A DNA stretch of 59,262 bases from Gemmatimonadales bacterium (GTDB taxonomy: Bacteria; Gemmatimonadota; Gemmatimonadetes; Gemmatimonadales; GWC2-71-9), in contig JBBRGF010000001.1 of assembly GCA_038240975.1 (NCBI GenBank), positions 1-59,262 of the forward strand. The letters are read 5' to 3'. Of the stretch, positions 56,152 through 59,262 are shown piece after piece. Position numbers and translations under genes: made by a program. The first letter of the stretch is position 1. Each line of letters opens with the position of its first letter. The notes below the pieces were generated by a model. That model was not told the DNA's origin, did no database searches, and saw only the letters and a list, made by a program, of their open reading frames with translations.

Positions 56152-57449
56152 CAGGAAACCATGTCCGCGGTCCGCTCCTCCGCCTCATCGTCCACGATCG
56201 GGAGAATGTGGCCGCCGTAGCGAAGCACGGCAATCGAGGCAGCCGGTCCCTGGCGATCCATCGCCATCTTCAGGGCCTCCTGCGCGGAGGGGGCGTAGCG
56301 GAAGCCGATCCTCTCCGCCTGGTCCGCCGTCACCCCTGGCGACACCATGATGCAATCGGTTTTGTCCACGATCTGACAGACGTCGGCGAGGACGGCGACG
56401 CCGACCAGATCCTCGACATTCCCCCGCTGTACCATCGCGACGATCTCCGCGTGCGGCCGGTAGCCGATTTCGAGCAGATTCTTGTGATTTGTCGCCATGC
56501 CCTCGGGATTGGGCGACACGAGGATTAACGAGCCGCCGTCCTTGACCGCCATTGTGCCGGCGTATAGGCCCTTAGCCGACTGCCAGAAATCCCGGTCGGC
56601 GGAGTGCGAGTCGATGATCACGATGTCGGCGCGCGTCGGAAGGTGCGCCGCGTAGACCCGTCGCGAGCATTTGCAGCCTTCGCGGTGCGCATCCACCACG
56701 TCACCGGTGAAACACCCGACGATCCGGCGACGCACGTCGTACACCACATTCACGATGTAGCCGAGACCCGCCATCCGCGCCGCCTCCTCCATGCGGAGCC
56801 GCATGGGATTCTCGGGCACGCCCATGACCGTCTCGGACATGTGCATCGACGCTTCCCACTGGTTGCGCTCCATCATCTCGACACCGGACACGCCGGGAAA
56901 GGCGATCTTCGCTCCTCCCGACAGCCCTTTGACCCGGTGCGGCAGGATCGAGCCGACGCCCAGCACGAAATCCACCTCTGTCAGGAGCCTGTTGGCCGTC
57001 ACCGGCGTGCCGTCACGGGTGCGCCCGAAGCCGTGGAGGCGCGAGCGGTCGAGATAGTGGTGCTCGTGCACTAGATACCGCCCGTATATTGACCCGAGCT
57101 TTTCCTTCAGCTCTTCGGCCGTCATGGCCCTGTGAGTGCCTGGGGCTTGAAGAAAGACGATGTGCTCATCGTCCACCCCGGCCGCGTGCAGCTCATCGAG
57201 CACGCTGGGCAGGATGCGCGCGGCGGGTGTCATGCGGGTGCCGTCGTCGATCAGGATGAGAACTCGCTCGCCCTCTCGCACCGCGTCGCGTAGGCGGGGG
57301 GCGCCGATCGGTTGCTCGAAGCCGCGCCGGAGGACGTCGGCCTCGTCCACATCGAACTCTCGAGGACTGAACACGCCGAGCAGATTCGAGCCGGGCACCT
57401 CCAGGGGCGCGATTGCCTCGTACCCGGGATAGGGAAAATCGATCCTCAC
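56151..57449 (-). CDS. LarA-family (nickel-pincer cofactor dependent) 2-hydroxyacid racemase/epimerase homologue
   Basis: 432-aa ORF with a DUF2088/LarA N-domain (VLILIDDGTRMTP). APGTHR and LPHRVKGLSGGAK resemble the LarA catalytic-His and cofactor-tethering Lys region (from memory). Its TGA overlaps the downstream ATG. Confidence 0.75.
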   Translation of the reverse strand: MRIDFPYPGYEAIAPLEVPGSNLLGVFSPREFDVDEADVLRRGFEQPIGAPRLRDAVREGERVLILIDDGTRMTPAARILPSVLDELHAAGVDDEHIVFLQAPGTHRAMTAEELKEKLGSIYGRYLVHEHHYLDRSRLHGFGRTRDGTPVTANRLLTEVDFVLGVGSILPHRVKGLSGGAKIAFPGVSGVEMMERNQWEASMHMSETVMGVPENPMRLRMEEAARMAGLGYIVNVVYDVRRRIVGCFTGDVVDAHREGCKCSRRVYAAHLPTRADIVIIDSHSADRDFWQSAKGLYAGTMAVKDGGSLILVSPNPEGMATNHKNLLEIGYRPHAEIVAMVQRGNVEDLVGVAVLADVCQIVDKTDCIMVSPGVTADQAERIGFRYAPSAQEALKMAMDRQGPAASIAVLRYGGHILPIVDDEAEERTADMVS

Positions 57450-57484
57450 GTCATTGCCTTTCTCGTCCCGCCTCCCTGCTTACA

Positions 57485-59262
57485 TCACTCCCGGTGCGGC
57501 AGGTAGCTCTCTACCATGTCCTTCGCGGACTGCTTGATCATGTTCCATCCGCCCGAATCGCCTTTCACGATCGCCTGGGCGTAGGCCTGGGCCTGGGCAA
57601 AGGTGATATGCGGAGGAAGCGGAGGCACTTCGGGATCGGTATGCGCCTCGATGACCACCGGGCGCTTTGCGGCGAGGGCCTCGTCCCACCCCGGGCCGAT
57701 ATCACCGGGAGTGGACATCGTAATGCCGGTGAGTCCAAGCAGCTCGGCGTAGCGTGCAAAAGGAAAGTCCGGCAGGTCCTGCGATCCCTCGAACTTAGGG
57801 TCGCCGGAAAAGGCCCGCTGCTCCCAGGTGACCTGGTTCAAGTCGTGATTGTAGAGGACCAGAATGACGAGCCGAGGATCGGACCACTCGCGCCAGTACT
57901 TCTCGATGGTGATGAGTCCGTTGATGCCGTTCATCTGCATCGCGCCATCGCCCACCATGGCAACCACCGGCCGGTCGGGATGCGCGAACTTGGCTGCGAT
58001 CGCGTACGGCACGCCAGGTCCCATCGTGGCGAGATTGCCGGAGAGCGAGGCCATCATGCCGGCGCGGATCTTCACGTCCCGGGCGTACCAGTTTGCCGAG
58101 GAGCCGGAGTCGCAGGTGAGGATGCAGCGGTCCGGCACTCTCGGTGAGAGCTCCCAGAAGACGCGCTGCGGGTTGATCGGATTCGCCTCGTTCATCGCGC
58201 GCGCCTCGAGCACTTTCCACCACTCTGAGACCCAGCCCTCGATTTTCTCCCGCCAGCCGCGATCGGTCTTTGGCTTGAGCAGTGGGAACAGCGCCTGAAG
58301 CGTCTGGCGGCTGTCGCCACACAGGCTCACCTCCATCGGATAGCGCAGACTCAGCATTCGCGGCTTAATGTCTATCTGCACTCCACGAGCCTGGTCCAGC
58401 TTCGGAAGAAACTCGGAGTAGGGAAATCCGCTTCCGATCATCAGGAGCGTGTCGCACTCCATCATCATGTCCCAGCTCGGCTTGGTGCCCAGGAGGCCAA
58501 TCGAGCCGGTAACGTAGGGAAGGTCGTCGGGCAACACCGCCTTGCCGAGCAGCGCCTTGGCCACGCCGGCATTGAGTCGCTCGGCGACTTCTATGACCTC
58601 ATCCGACGCCCCGAGCGCGCCCGCGCCCACGAGAATTGCGACCCTCTCACCCTCGTTGAGGACCCTTGCCGCCCGATGGAGGTCGTCCTCCGTCGGGATT
58701 ACCAACGGCGCAGAGTATCCGATCCCGCTGAACGAAGAGCCATGCCGGCGAGGTGCGTGCTCCACGGCATCCATCTCCTGGACGTCGTTTGGCAAAATGA
58801 TGCAGGTGACGGTGCGCTCGGCCTTGGCGATGCGCATGGACCGATCCACGAGATGGCGGATCTGCGCCGGCGTCGACGCCATATGGACGTAGTGGCGCGC
58901 GACGTCCTTGAACAGCGAGATGAGATCGACCTCCTGCTGAAAGTCGGCGCCGAGGCCGACCGTGGCCTGCTGTCCTACGATGGCGAGCACGGGCTGGTGA
59001 TCCATCAGCGCATCGTACAGGCCATTGAGAAGGTGGATGGCGCCGGGCCCGGAGGTCGCCATGCAGACCCCGACTTCGCCCGTGAACTTGGCGTGGGCGC
59101 AGGCCATGAACGCCGCCAGCTCCTCGTGCCGAGCCTGCACGAAGGCGATCTTGTCTTTTGCGCGGTCCAGCGCGCCGACCACACCATTGATTCCATCTCC
59201 CGGATATCCGTAGATCCGCCGGACACCCCACTCGTAGAGACGGTTGACCAGGAAGTCGCTCG
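57485..59262 (-). CDS. thiamine-diphosphate enzyme, pyruvate oxidase / pyruvate dehydrogenase (quinone) PoxB-like; 5' end beyond the window
   Basis: The reading frame stays open to the window edge (reverse strand ...SDFLVNRLYEWGVRRIYGYPGDGINGVVGALDRAKDKIAFVQARHEE). The TPP-binding motif is GDGAMQMNGINGLITI. The track's Met at 59182 is internal. Confidence 0.82.
   Translation of the reverse strand, partial: SDFLVNRLYEWGVRRIYGYPGDGINGVVGALDRAKDKIAFVQARHEELAAFMACAHAKFTGEVGVCMATSGPGAIHLLNGLYDALMDHQPVLAIVGQQATVGLGADFQQEVDLISLFKDVARHYVHMASTPAQIRHLVDRSMRIAKAERTVTCIILPNDVQEMDAVEHAPRRHGSSFSGIGYSAPLVIPTEDDLHRAARVLNEGERVAILVGAGALGASDEVIEVAERLNAGVAKALLGKAVLPDDLPYVTGSIGLLGTKPSWDMMMECDTLLMIGSGFPYSEFLPKLDQARGVQIDIKPRMLSLRYPMEVSLCGDSRQTLQALFPLLKPKTDRGWREKIEGWVSEWWKVLEARAMNEANPINPQRVFWELSPRVPDRCILTCDSGSSANWYARDVKIRAGMMASLSGNLATMGPGVPYAIAAKFAHPDRPVVAMVGDGAMQMNGINGLITIEKYWREWSDPRLVILVLYNHDLNQVTWEQRAFSGDPKFEGSQDLPDFPFARYAELLGLTGITMSTPGDIGPGWDEALAAKRPVVIEAHTDPEVPPLPPHITFAQAQAYAQAIVKGDSGGWNMIKQSAKDMVESYLPHRE

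Overview
This 59.3-kb window is a high-GC bacterial chromosomal segment, roughly two-thirds G+C by eye. About 60 protein genes are packed tightly, and many adjacent genes share ATGA, GTGA or TGATG stop/start overlaps. I found no rRNA, tRNA, CRISPR array, transposase, integrase or recognisable defence genes.

Recognisable blocks, in order:
- glmS, a phosphohexomutase and an HD-GYP response regulator
- a trans-sulfuration enzyme, an M48 peptidase, then purD, mutM and a Cho-like GIY-YIG nuclease
- a late-step menaquinone/quinone cluster (ubiE, ubiD, ubiA, ubiX)
- an ECF sigma / anti-sigma envelope-stress-like module
- a long minus-strand run: a DUF62 SAM hydroxide adenosyltransferase, apbC, nifU-like, nrnA, an APC permease, guaB, a second APC permease and two hypotheticals
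- gpmI, a PTPS/QueD-family gene, small beta-barrel proteins, and mobA, mobB, moeA
- htpX, terC and an MFS transporter
- a translationally coupled lysine/DAP operon (M20, asd, lysC, dapB, dapA, dapD, yjbQ)
- ETF-QO, a third APC permease and an aminotransferase
- a minus-strand cluster: PoxB-like, LarA-like, YdiJ-like FAD/Fe-S dehydrogenase, an atypical M24 protein, GH39 and a PF10091/GH144-like protein

Features the ORF track does not explain:
1. A yybP-ykoY-type (Mn2+) riboswitch with its own promoter and an overlapping intrinsic terminator, upstream of htpX-terC-MFS.
2. A family of heptamer-phased purine/pyrimidine repeat elements (GGAGAAC / CCNTTCT units) in three intergenic sites. One forms a roughly 30-bp-stem hairpin inside the ubiE-ubiD operon.
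3. A terminator-like leader immediately upstream of the lysine operon.
4. A 411-bp lower-GC region with no convincing ORF.

The best candidate for an undescribed system is the tightly coupled PoxB-like / LarA-like / YdiJ-like / substituted-M24 cluster. All calls come from reading the sequence and recalled family motifs. No database or covariance-model search was run.
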